Origin: Thermococcus sp.
Lineage (GTDB): Archaea; Methanobacteriota_B; Thermococci; Thermococcales; Thermococcaceae
NCBI RefSeq assembly: GCF_026991495.1
Contig: NZ_JALXBJ010000035.1
Span: 2,512-66,511 of the forward strand
DNA: 64,000 nucleotides
Direction of reading: 5' to 3'
Part shown: piece by piece, positions 47,630-56,258 of the stretch
Numbering within the stretch: position 1 is the stretch's first letter
Layout of the letters: each line of letters opens with the position of its first letter
Program-made: the position numbers and the translations under genes
The notes under the pieces: model-generated
Told to the model about the DNA's origin: nothing
Databases searched by the model: none
Seen by the model: only the letters and a program-made list of their open reading frames with translations

Positions 47630-49468
47630 GTGAGCCTAATGAAGGAAGATTACCCGAAGTTGTTCGAGCCTATAAACATCGGAAAGGTCCAGCTCATGAA
47701 CAGGGCGGTATTCCCGCCGATATCGACGAACTTCGCCCTGGAGAACGGCAGACTGACGGAGAAGTTCGTCAAACACTACGAGAGGCGCGCGAGGGGCGGC
47801 GTCGGCCTGATAATCGTCGAGAACACTTCCATAGACTTCCCGGAAGGAAAGCACATGCCCTTCCAACCGAGGATAGACTCAAAGGCCGTCCTCAAGGACT
47901 GGGAGTGGTTAGCTTTTGAGGTGCACAAGCACGAGGGGGTTAAGCTCTCCATCGAGCTCGCCCACGAAGGGTGGAAGAAGATAGGCGTCGACTACCTCTC
48001 ACCCGAGAAGGTGGAGGAGCTTGTGGAGAAGTTTGTCTATTCCGCGAGATTGGCTATGGAAGCGGGATTCGACATGGTTGAGATTCAGGGCGCTCACGGT
48101 CTCCTCGTGAACCAGTTTCTGTCGCCTCTGACCAACCACCGCGACGACGAGTGGGGTAAGCCGACGAGGTTCGCGGTTGAGGTGAGGAAGCGCATAGCGG
48201 AGGAATGCGGCCGGGACTTCCCGGTTACGATAAGGCTCGCGGTGGACGATTTCCTTGAGGGTGGAATAAACCTGAGAATGGGGCGCGAGATAGCCCTGGA
48301 GCTTGCCAAAGCGGGCTACGACATGATACAGGCCGATATTGGATTAGGCCCAAAGGAGAAGCGCCTTGAGCCGATGCACTATCCCCAGGCATGGCGCGCC
48401 TATTTAGCGGAAAAGATAAGGCCCCTACCGGTTCCGGTGGCGGCGGTGGGAATGATAAGGGAGCCAAAAGTTGCGGAGAGGGTTCTTGAGACTCAAGCTG
48501 ATCTCGTTGTCCTCGGAAGGACGCTCATAGCGGACCCGGACTGGGTGAAGAAGGTCGCCGAGGGGAAGGAGCACCTCATAAGGCGCTGCATAGGCTGCAG
48601 CGAGTGCATCAAGGCAGTCCACGACGAGAAGGGGCCGATAAGGTGCGGTGCCAACGCCAACGTCGGGAACGAGGAAGATATACCAAATGCTCCGAGGAAG
48701 CGCGTTTTGGCGATAATCGGTGCAGGCCCAGGAGGACTAGAAGCAACGAGGGTGGCGGCGCTCAGGGGGCACGAGGTTCACCTCTTCTACGAGGTCTTCG
48801 GCGGCCAGCTCGTCCTCGCGAAGGTGCCGCCGGGAAAGGAGAAGATAGGCTGGCTCATCGAATACTACCGGAACGTCCTCTCGGAGATGCCCAACGTCCA
48901 CCTCCACGAGGGGAAGGCTGCCAAGGAGGGCGTCATGAAGCTCAACCCGGAGGCCGTGATAATAGCCACCGGCGCGAACCCGATACTCCCCTGCTCCGGC
49001 GAGAGGGGTCTAATAATCCCCTTCGACAGAATCCTCCGGGGAGAGGTGAAGGTCGAGGGCAAAGAAGTCCTCATCGGCGGTGGGGGGCTCGTGGGAGTGG
49101 AGACGGCCCTCTACTTAGCCCAGTTCAACAACCGCGTGAAGATAATCAAGCGCAGTCCCGCGGTGCTTCCAAACGTCGAGAGGATAACCCGCGGCTACCT
49201 CCTGAGGGAGCTTGAGGAGAAGGGGATTCCGATTTTGACCGGCAGGAGCTTCGTCAGTGCCGGAGACGGCTACGCCATCGTCGAGAACACCGAGACCGGG
49301 GAGAAGGAGATGATAAAGTGCGACGTCATCGTTGGGGCCTTCGGCATGAGACCGTATGTTCCCTTCGTCATAGACGGCGTTGAGTACCACATAATCGGGG
49401 ACGCCAAGTCCGTGAGGAACATAGCGAGCGCCGTCAGGGAAGGCTACGAGGTCGGGAGGAAGCTCTGA
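47630..49468 (+). CDS. NADH:flavin oxidoreductase, Fe-S flavoenzyme (enoate / 2,4-dienoyl-CoA reductase family)
   Basis: TIM-barrel start LFEPINIG, AGFDMVEIQGAHG, NHRDDEWG, CIGCSEC..C cluster motif, GAGPGG FAD site, GGGLVG. Confidence 0.9.
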   Translation: MSLMKEDYPKLFEPINIGKVQLMNRAVFPPISTNFALENGRLTEKFVKHYERRARGGVGLIIVENTSIDFPEGKHMPFQPRIDSKAVLKDWEWLAFEVHKHEGVKLSIELAHEGWKKIGVDYLSPEKVEELVEKFVYSARLAMEAGFDMVEIQGAHGLLVNQFLSPLTNHRDDEWGKPTRFAVEVRKRIAEECGRDFPVTIRLAVDDFLEGGINLRMGREIALELAKAGYDMIQADIGLGPKEKRLEPMHYPQAWRAYLAEKIRPLPVPVAAVGMIREPKVAERVLETQADLVVLGRTLIADPDWVKKVAEGKEHLIRRCIGCSECIKAVHDEKGPIRCGANANVGNEEDIPNAPRKRVLAIIGAGPGGLEATRVAALRGHEVHLFYEVFGGQLVLAKVPPGKEKIGWLIEYYRNVLSEMPNVHLHEGKAAKEGVMKLNPEAVIIATGANPILPCSGERGLIIPFDRILRGEVKVEGKEVLIGGGGLVGVETALYLAQFNNRVKIIKRSPAVLPNVERITRGYLLRELEEKGIPILTGRSFVSAGDGYAIVENTETGEKEMIKCDVIVGAFGMRPYVPFVIDGVEYHIIGDAKSVRNIASAVREGYEVGRKL

Positions 49469-49546
49469 GCTTTCCCTCCGCTTTTTAATTCTCCATTTCA
49501 TGGAAAAGCTGATTAACCCTTCCTACCAAAGGCCACCGTGGTCGAG

Positions 49547-49828
49547 ATGCGCCGGGTCTGGTGTGGTGAAAACGGGGCCGGGATTAGCAGTGAGGCCCTA
49601 CAGGAAAGGGTCAGGGAAATCCTCTCAAGGGCAGAACTCGTCAGGAGGGGAGGGAAGGTACTCATCCTCGTGGATGGGGAAAGGGTTGGAAAGCTGAGGT
49701 TCGAGACACCATTAGAGGAGCTTGAGGTCGAGAGCGCATGGAAGAGTCCCTTCGGGATAAAGGTCGAGCTGAGCTGGCGCGGAAGGTTCGCAGGGACGCT
49801 CCTCCTGAGGGAGTGGCATGAAAGCTAA
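49547..49828 (+). CDS. Uncharacterised small beta-rich protein, paralog of 60762-61076
   Basis: Overlaps the MFS gene start; visible similarity to the 60762-61076 product. Confidence 0.65.
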   Translation: MRRVWCGENGAGISSEALQERVREILSRAELVRRGGKVLILVDGERVGKLRFETPLEELEVESAWKSPFGIKVELSWRGRFAGTLLLREWHES

Positions 49829-50954
49829 GGAGCTCCTGAAGTTCGAGTTCCTGAGTCAGGGGAGCATAGGGGCCGCTGAAGGGCTTGCCGAGGCCTTCTT
49901 CGGCGTGATTATGACAAGGATGGGCGCTTCAGCCTTCATGCTGGGCCTTCTCGGTAGTTCAGCCTACGTCTCGAACCTCTTCTCACCCATCTGGGCGAAA
50001 GGTTCGCGAAAGACCGGGGCAAAGAAGCTCGTTATGGGCTCTTTAATCCTCGCCTCGCTGTTTCTTCTCATGAGCGCCTTCACCGAAAGCGCGGTTCCCT
50101 TCCTGATCTTCGTCTTCCTCTACTACATCGCCTACGGCGTCAGGGAAGTCCTCTACCCTTTGATAGTCGAGAGGGTCTACGGCTACCTTGAGGCCCTCGG
50201 GCACGCTGAGGTGGCCTACACGATAGCCTACACCGTTGCCGCTGGGATAGCGGGCTACGTGATGGACTCGTGGGGCCATAGAATAGCTTTCTTCGCCGCC
50301 TCACTTCTTCTCCTCCTCGCGGCGCTCTCTCGACTTCCCTTCCCGGACGTTAAGAGCGACGCCGAGGAAAAGGTCGAGCCACCCTACAGGGACAAGCTAA
50401 TCCTCAGGATGGTCGCGATGTTCATGGTAGCTGGAACCGGCATGCTGATGATGCTCCCAGCAATTCCAATCCTTGAGGTTAGGGCCTTGGGCCTCTCCAA
50501 CGGGGTCATAGGCATCGCTATAGCAATCAACAGCCTCTCCTACGTGCTCTTCTCAGAGCTGTGGAGCAGACTCATAAAGAGACCATCACACGTGGTCAGG
50601 GTCTTTCAGGCGGGCTTTACGGCGCTCTTCCTTATGGCACTCACCTACTACCTCAGCAGTTCAGCCCTCTATATCTACCTCGCGGGGGTTCTCTGCGGCC
50701 TCGGCGGTTCCGCCGTTTCAATAGGCTGGCAGGCCTTCTCGATGGGCGTTCCCGATTACAGGACTGAGGACTTATCGGCCCTCCACCTGACGACCTGCGG
50801 GATAAGGGGCCTCTACGCGCCCATCTTAGGTGCGGTCTTTATAAGGTGGCTCGGCCTCAGGGAGACCTTTCTTTTGGCAGGTTTGCTCTTAATTGGGGGA
50901 ATAATTTTAACGGAGAGCGTGATCAGGCCCCTCAGGGAGGAGTTTGAGCTTTAA
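49818..50954 (+). CDS. MFS transporter
   Basis: About 12 TMs; GYVMDSWGHR motif-A-like loop. Confidence 0.8.
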   Translation: MKAKELLKFEFLSQGSIGAAEGLAEAFFGVIMTRMGASAFMLGLLGSSAYVSNLFSPIWAKGSRKTGAKKLVMGSLILASLFLLMSAFTESAVPFLIFVFLYYIAYGVREVLYPLIVERVYGYLEALGHAEVAYTIAYTVAAGIAGYVMDSWGHRIAFFAASLLLLLAALSRLPFPDVKSDAEEKVEPPYRDKLILRMVAMFMVAGTGMLMMLPAIPILEVRALGLSNGVIGIAIAINSLSYVLFSELWSRLIKRPSHVVRVFQAGFTALFLMALTYYLSSSALYIYLAGVLCGLGGSAVSIGWQAFSMGVPDYRTEDLSALHLTTCGIRGLYAPILGAVFIRWLGLRETFLLAGLLLIGGIILTESVIRPLREEFEL

Positions 50955-51036
50955 TGAGTTCCCATTTCTGTCCACAACCTTTGGTTTGTGAAAACCTTTT
51001 ATATGGAAAAATTTTCATAAAATTAGGTGAGTCGTA

Positions 51037-51489
51037 ATGCCCTACCTGATAGTCCACGAGGAGGGATGTATAGGCTGCCACACCTGCGAAATGGTCTGCT
51101 CCCTGAGCCATGAAGGGGTAATAAACCCAGACCTCTCAAGAATCCACGTCTTAGGCTACAAGGGCGAGAAGTTCCCGGTAATGTGCCTCCAGTGCGAGGA
51201 CGCCCCCTGTGAGCTCGTCTGCCCGATGGAAGCAATCCACATGCAGAACGGCGTGAGGATGGTGGACGACGAGAAGTGCATAAGGTGCAAGATGTGCACA
51301 CTCGTCTGCCCGGTTGGGGGCGTTCTCTACGACTACATCAACAACAAGATGATAAGGTGCGACCTCTGCGGCGGCGACCCCCAGTGCGCCAAGTACTGCC
51401 CGATGAACGTTATAGAAGTCGTGCAGGATGAGAAAGTTCCCGAGGCGAGGAAGAGGGGAGTTAGGGTTCTCTACGGGGAGGCCGATTAA
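51037..51489 (+). CDS. 4x[4Fe-4S] polyferredoxin (DmsB/HydN-like small subunit)
   Basis: CIGCHTCEMVC, CLQCEDAPCELVCP, CIRCKMCTLVCP, CDLC..PQCAKYCP. Confidence 0.93.
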   Translation: MPYLIVHEEGCIGCHTCEMVCSLSHEGVINPDLSRIHVLGYKGEKFPVMCLQCEDAPCELVCPMEAIHMQNGVRMVDDEKCIRCKMCTLVCPVGGVLYDYINNKMIRCDLCGGDPQCAKYCPMNVIEVVQDEKVPEARKRGVRVLYGEAD

Positions 51490-51490
51490 A

Positions 51491-53296
51491 ATGTTCGGCT
51501 ACGCCGGGAAAATACTCTTTATAGACCTGACCTCCCGGGTCGTTAGAACAGAACCCACGGAGAAGTACGCCGCGGACTTTCTCGGCGGGAGGGGGATAGC
51601 GACAAAGATAGCCTACGACCTCATACCAGCCGAGGCAGACGCCTTCGACCCCGAAAATGCCCTCGTAATGATGACCGGTCCCCTGACTGGAGCCGCTCCC
51701 TCAAGTTCGAGGATAGACGTCGTCTCCCTCTCCCCGGTCACCAACCTCCTCGGCGGGAGCAGTGCTGGAGGCGACTTCGGGGCGGTTCTCAAGTTCGCCG
51801 GCTACGACGGGATAGTCATCACTGGAAAGGCCGAAAAGCCCACTGGAATCCGCATCATAGACGACGAGGTCACCTTCCACGATGCCGAGCACTGCTGGGA
51901 GTACGACGTTTACGACACCGTTGACTGCATCAAGAGGCTCGGCAGGGAGGACGTCCAGGTTGCGTGCATAGGAAAGGCCGGGGCAAACCTCGTAAAAACA
52001 GCAGGGATAAGCTTCTCAAAGCGCAACCTCGCGGCCAGAGGTGGCCTTGGGGCTGTAATGGGGAGCAAGAACCTCAAGGCGATAGCGGTCGCCGGAACGA
52101 AGGGAATAAAGGTCCGGGACACGAAAAGGCTGATGGAGACCAACCTCGAAATCGAACGGAGGATGCTCGAAAGCCCCTCCTTCAAGAAGTACGAGAGCTG
52201 GCACGCGAACATCTCGCTCTCCCTTCTCAAGGCACGGAGACCTTATTTCGGCGACTACGAGGAGGAGTTCTGGGAGGAAGCGGAGGAGGCAGCCAAGAAC
52301 GCCAAGAGGTTCTTCGAGGAGATGGCAAAGGTGAGGCCCAACAGCTGCTTCGCCTGCCCGCTGAGGTGCTGGGCGTGGGTGGAGTATAAAGGCGAAGAGG
52401 CTCCCATGGTGGCCTGTCAGGGAACTTTTCCCGCGATAATCTTCATCCTCAAGATAAAGGACCCCGAGCTGGCCTGGAAGGTCTATCTAAGGCTCCAGAA
52501 GGAAGGACTGGACATAATGAGCACCGCTGCCGTTATAGCCTACGCATCAAGGGTCGGCCTCGTCAGGCTCGGGAGCGGGGAGATACTGAAGCTCATAGAC
52601 GAGATAGTGAACCGCGAGGGGCCGGGCAACGTCTTAGCTGAAGGCGTCAAGAAGGCGAGCGAGCACTTTGGAGTTCCAGCGGTCTACGTCAAGGGCGGAA
52701 TGGAGTCGTGGAGCAGCGACGTAAGGCCTTTCAGGGGCGTCTCCCTCGCCGGAGCGGTCTCTGAGAGCGGGAGCATCAGCAGGGCCATACACGGCTTCCC
52801 GGAGTCCTCCTACTACACGAAGCCGGAGAAGGCCAAGAAGGTCGCGAAGGAGATAGTCGGTGACGAGAGCGCCGCCGAACCAAGCAGTTACCGGGGCAAG
52901 GCCAAGCTCGTGGCCTACTTCGAGGACGAGCACATAATAGCGGACTCCCTCGGCGTCTGCGACACCCCTATGCTCTCAATCCCCTTAGAGCTGTGGGCGG
53001 AGGCACTGAGCGCTGCAACCGGGATGGAGTTCACACCGGAGAAGCTCCACTTCTACGCCGGGAAGATAAGGACGCTTGAGAGGATGTTCAACGTGCGCAG
53101 GGGCGTTGACCGGGAGAAGGACACCCTCTCGGAGAGGCTCTTCAGGAGCGTAATCCGCTCCGGCCCCTGGGCCGGAGTTGGCATAGACAGGGAGAAGTTC
53201 GAGGAGATGAAGCTTGAGTACTACGGGCTGAGGGGCTGGGACGAGAACGGAATCCCGACAGAGGAGACGCTTGAGAGGTACGGCCTTGAATGGTGA
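51491..53296 (+). CDS. Tungsten aldehyde:ferredoxin oxidoreductase (AOR/WOR) family large subunit, copy 1
   Basis: MFGYAGKILFIDL, FLGGRG, TGPLTG, SPVT, RGGLGAVMGSKNLKAI, CFACPLRC, DSLGVC, YYGLRGWDENGIPT. Confidence 0.93.
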   Translation: MFGYAGKILFIDLTSRVVRTEPTEKYAADFLGGRGIATKIAYDLIPAEADAFDPENALVMMTGPLTGAAPSSSRIDVVSLSPVTNLLGGSSAGGDFGAVLKFAGYDGIVITGKAEKPTGIRIIDDEVTFHDAEHCWEYDVYDTVDCIKRLGREDVQVACIGKAGANLVKTAGISFSKRNLAARGGLGAVMGSKNLKAIAVAGTKGIKVRDTKRLMETNLEIERRMLESPSFKKYESWHANISLSLLKARRPYFGDYEEEFWEEAEEAAKNAKRFFEEMAKVRPNSCFACPLRCWAWVEYKGEEAPMVACQGTFPAIIFILKIKDPELAWKVYLRLQKEGLDIMSTAAVIAYASRVGLVRLGSGEILKLIDEIVNREGPGNVLAEGVKKASEHFGVPAVYVKGGMESWSSDVRPFRGVSLAGAVSESGSISRAIHGFPESSYYTKPEKAKKVAKEIVGDESAAEPSSYRGKAKLVAYFEDEHIIADSLGVCDTPMLSIPLELWAEALSAATGMEFTPEKLHFYAGKIRTLERMFNVRRGVDREKDTLSERLFRSVIRSGPWAGVGIDREKFEEMKLEYYGLRGWDENGIPTEETLERYGLEW

Positions 53297-55047
53297 TGGC
53301 GATGTTCGGCTACACTGGAAGGATACTCTTCGTTGATTTGAGCTCGAAGACGGTAAAAACCGAACCCACCGGGAAGTACGCGGGGGACTTCCTCGGCGGA
53401 AGGGGAATAGCGACGAGAATACTCCACGAGGACCCCGATGCCCTAATTTTCATGACCGGCCCGCTGACTTCGTTCGTGCCCTCAGGCTCAAGGATGGATG
53501 TAGTTGCAGTATCCCCTGTTACGGGACTTATCGGCGGAAGCAGCACCGGCGGGGAGTTTCCCTCCGCCCTGAAGTTCGCAGGCTACGACGGAGTTGTGGT
53601 GACGGGAAAGGCTGAGAAACCCGTCTACCTGAGGATAGAAAACGAGGAGGTCTCGATAGAGAGCGCCGATGGAATATGGGGCCTCAGTGCCTTCGAGACG
53701 ATAGATGTCCTAACCAGGGGACACCCAGACCTCAAGGTGGCCTGCATAGGCAGGGCAGGGGAGAACGGCGTGAAGTTCGCGGGGATTTCCTTCTCCCACA
53801 GGAACCTCGCCTCCCGCGGCGGCCTCGGGGCCGTGATGGGTGCCAAGAAGCTCAAGGCCATCCTCGTCCACGGGACGAGGGGAGCGAGCCCTTATAACCC
53901 GCTGGAGCTCATGTCGGTCTTCGAGGAGATACAGGAGAGCATAACCAACAGCGGAGAGTTCCTCCGCTTCAAGAACTGGCACGTGGACTTTGTACCTGTA
54001 ATACTCCAGCTTAGAATGCCCTACTTCGGGGACTACGAGAGGGAGTGGGAGAAGGCGGAAGAGGCTGCCATGAAGGCTAAGAAGTTCTTTGAGGAGCACA
54101 CCGTTGGGAGGGCGAGCTGTTTCTCCTGTCCGCTGAGGTGCTGGGGAATCGTCAGCTACAGAGGTGAGACGCTCCCAATAAACCTCTGTCAGGGGACTTT
54201 TCCAGCGGTGACTTTCACGCTGAAGGTGGAGGATCCAGAGCTGGCCTGGAGAATATACCGGAAGTGCCAGAGCGAAGGGCTTGACATGATGGCCACGGTT
54301 GCCGTTGTAGCCTACGCATCGAGGCTCGGAAAGGTGAGGCTCGGGAGCGAAGAAATCCTCGACTTCATCGAGAGGATCGTGAAGAGGGAAGGAGAAGGCG
54401 ACGTTTTTGCAGAGGGAGTTAAGAAGGCGAGCGAGCACTTTGGAGTTCCAGCGGTCTACGTCAAGGGCGGAATGGAGTCGTGGAGCAGCGACGTAAGGCC
54501 GTTCGTTGGCTCCGCTCTCATCTCTGCCGTTGCCGACTCGGGTGGAGTTAACAGGGCCCTCTACGGATTCCCCGAGTTCTACTACTACGTCAAAAAAGAG
54601 CAGGCCGAGAAGATGGCCAGGATGTTCGTCGGAGACGTTGAGGCAGCATATCCGTGGAGCTATTCTGAAAGTAAGGTCCGCTTCGCGGTCCTCTGGGAGA
54701 ACCTGCACATAATAGCGGATTCCCTTGGGGTCTGCGTCATAGCGCTTTTGACGACCCCACTCAAGCTCTGGGCCAAAGCCTTCAAGGCAGTAACCGGGGA
54801 AGGCATAACCGAGGACGAGTTTATGAGAACCGCCGAGAGGATAAGAACCCTTGAGAGGCTCTTCAACCTCAGGCACGGGGACGGAAGGGACGACCTGTCG
54901 CCGAGGCTCTTCAAAGGCGAGGTGAAGCTCGATAGGGAGAAGCTTGAGGGGATGAAGAGGCTTTATTATTCACTCCGGGGATGGGACGAGAACGGCGTCC
55001 CGACCCGGGAAACCCTTGAAAAGCTCGGGCTGGGTGATTTGGCATGA
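53296..55047 (+). CDS. Tungsten aldehyde:ferredoxin oxidoreductase (AOR/WOR) family large subunit, copy 2
   Basis: MFGYTGRILFVDL, RGGLGAVMGAKKLKAI, CFSCPLRC, DSLGVC, YYSLRGWDENGVPT; start overlaps the copy-1 stop. Confidence 0.93.
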   Translation: MAMFGYTGRILFVDLSSKTVKTEPTGKYAGDFLGGRGIATRILHEDPDALIFMTGPLTSFVPSGSRMDVVAVSPVTGLIGGSSTGGEFPSALKFAGYDGVVVTGKAEKPVYLRIENEEVSIESADGIWGLSAFETIDVLTRGHPDLKVACIGRAGENGVKFAGISFSHRNLASRGGLGAVMGAKKLKAILVHGTRGASPYNPLELMSVFEEIQESITNSGEFLRFKNWHVDFVPVILQLRMPYFGDYEREWEKAEEAAMKAKKFFEEHTVGRASCFSCPLRCWGIVSYRGETLPINLCQGTFPAVTFTLKVEDPELAWRIYRKCQSEGLDMMATVAVVAYASRLGKVRLGSEEILDFIERIVKREGEGDVFAEGVKKASEHFGVPAVYVKGGMESWSSDVRPFVGSALISAVADSGGVNRALYGFPEFYYYVKKEQAEKMARMFVGDVEAAYPWSYSESKVRFAVLWENLHIIADSLGVCVIALLTTPLKLWAKAFKAVTGEGITEDEFMRTAERIRTLERLFNLRHGDGRDDLSPRLFKGEVKLDREKLEGMKRLYYSLRGWDENGVPTRETLEKLGLGDLA

Positions 55048-56258
55048 GGCACGTTATTATAGGCGCAGGCGGGGCTGGAACCGCCGCGGCTGAGACGATA
55101 AGGGCCAACTCCGAGGACGAGGTTGTGGTCATAAACAGGGAGAAGACCCTTCCTTACTCGCCGGCGGCCCTGCCCTACTACATAGAGGGGACGGTAAAGG
55201 GAAACGAGCTCTTCATCTGGAACTGGCACTTCGTCCGCTCCAACGGCATAGACTACATCATGGGCAGGGAGGTCGTTAAGGTTGACACGGAGGCCAAGAA
55301 GGTCATCCTCGACAACGGGGAGGAGATAGACTACGACAGGCTCCTCATATCGAGCGGTGCAAAGCCCAACATAATCCCTCAGTTCAGGAGGGAGAACGTC
55401 ATAGGCGTCAGAACCCTAGAAGACGCCGAGAGGCTCAGGAAGGTGCGCGGGAGGGCGATAATAATCGGCGCCGGTCCTGTGGCTGTTGAGACCGCGATAG
55501 CCCTGAAAAGGCTCGGGGCCGATCCCGTGATAATCTGCCGTTCGAGGATCCTCAGGAGGCTCTTCGACGAGGACATCTCGGACATCATAAGGGACGTGAT
55601 GATACTGAACGGCGTCAAGGTTCTCTTCGAGAAGAGCATAGACCTAGTGGGCGACCCGGTTGAAGGTGTTAAGGCCCCCTGCGGTGTCATCTACGGCGAC
55701 ATCGTGGTCGCGGCGATCGGCGTGAGGCCCAACCTGAGCTTTCTCGACGGAAGGATAGCCCTGGGAGACAGAGGCGGCATACTCACTGACGAGAGGATGA
55801 GGACGAACGTGGAAGATGTGTACGCAGCGGGGGACTGCGCCGAGACGCGCGACCTGGTAACCGGTCGCTACGGCATCTTCGCCATCTGGCCGCTTGCGAG
55901 GGAGCAGGGAAGGGTTGCCGGCTACAACATGCTCGGCGTTGAGAAGCGCTACCGCGGTTCGATAAACATGAACATAATAACCATATTCGACAGGGTCTTC
56001 GCGTCCATAGGAACTTTCATCGGGGCAAGGAAGGAAGTGTGGCACGGCTCGCACATAGCAAAGCTCTTCATCGAGAACGGCAGGCTGAACGGGGCACAGC
56101 TCGTCGGCAAATACGCCCTCCAGTACGCGGGGGCCGTCGAGTACCTCGTCAGGACGAGGAGGCCAGTCAAGATAGACTCGATGAGCGACACGAAGTCCTT
56201 CGTGAGGGAAGTCTGGGAGCAGGTCGGGGCGGAGGTCAGTCAAAGGACGCCGTCTTGA
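55044..56258 (+). CDS. FAD-dependent pyridine nucleotide-disulfide oxidoreductase family protein (NAD(P)H electron-transfer subunit)
   Basis: GAGGAG FAD site, YDRLLISSGA, GAGPVAVE, VYAAGDCAE; no NADH-oxidase/CoADR redox Cys (PYSPAALPY). Confidence 0.9.
   Translation: MRHVIIGAGGAGTAAAETIRANSEDEVVVINREKTLPYSPAALPYYIEGTVKGNELFIWNWHFVRSNGIDYIMGREVVKVDTEAKKVILDNGEEIDYDRLLISSGAKPNIIPQFRRENVIGVRTLEDAERLRKVRGRAIIIGAGPVAVETAIALKRLGADPVIICRSRILRRLFDEDISDIIRDVMILNGVKVLFEKSIDLVGDPVEGVKAPCGVIYGDIVVAAIGVRPNLSFLDGRIALGDRGGILTDERMRTNVEDVYAAGDCAETRDLVTGRYGIFAIWPLAREQGRVAGYNMLGVEKRYRGSINMNIITIFDRVFASIGTFIGARKEVWHGSHIAKLFIENGRLNGAQLVGKYALQYAGAVEYLVRTRRPVKIDSMSDTKSFVREVWEQVGAEVSQRTPS

Noticed and set aside
50978-50997. 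SurR site upstream of the WOR operon
   Set aside because: AAC-N5-GTT is present, but the GTT-N3-AAC half has the wrong spacing; not supportable
53710-54876. Long minus-strand ORF (388 aa); likewise 41714-42913, 43259-44107, 29205-30050, 15076-15744, 32888-33607
   Set aside because: Antisense to well-supported genes, no motifs or RBS; expected from codon bias
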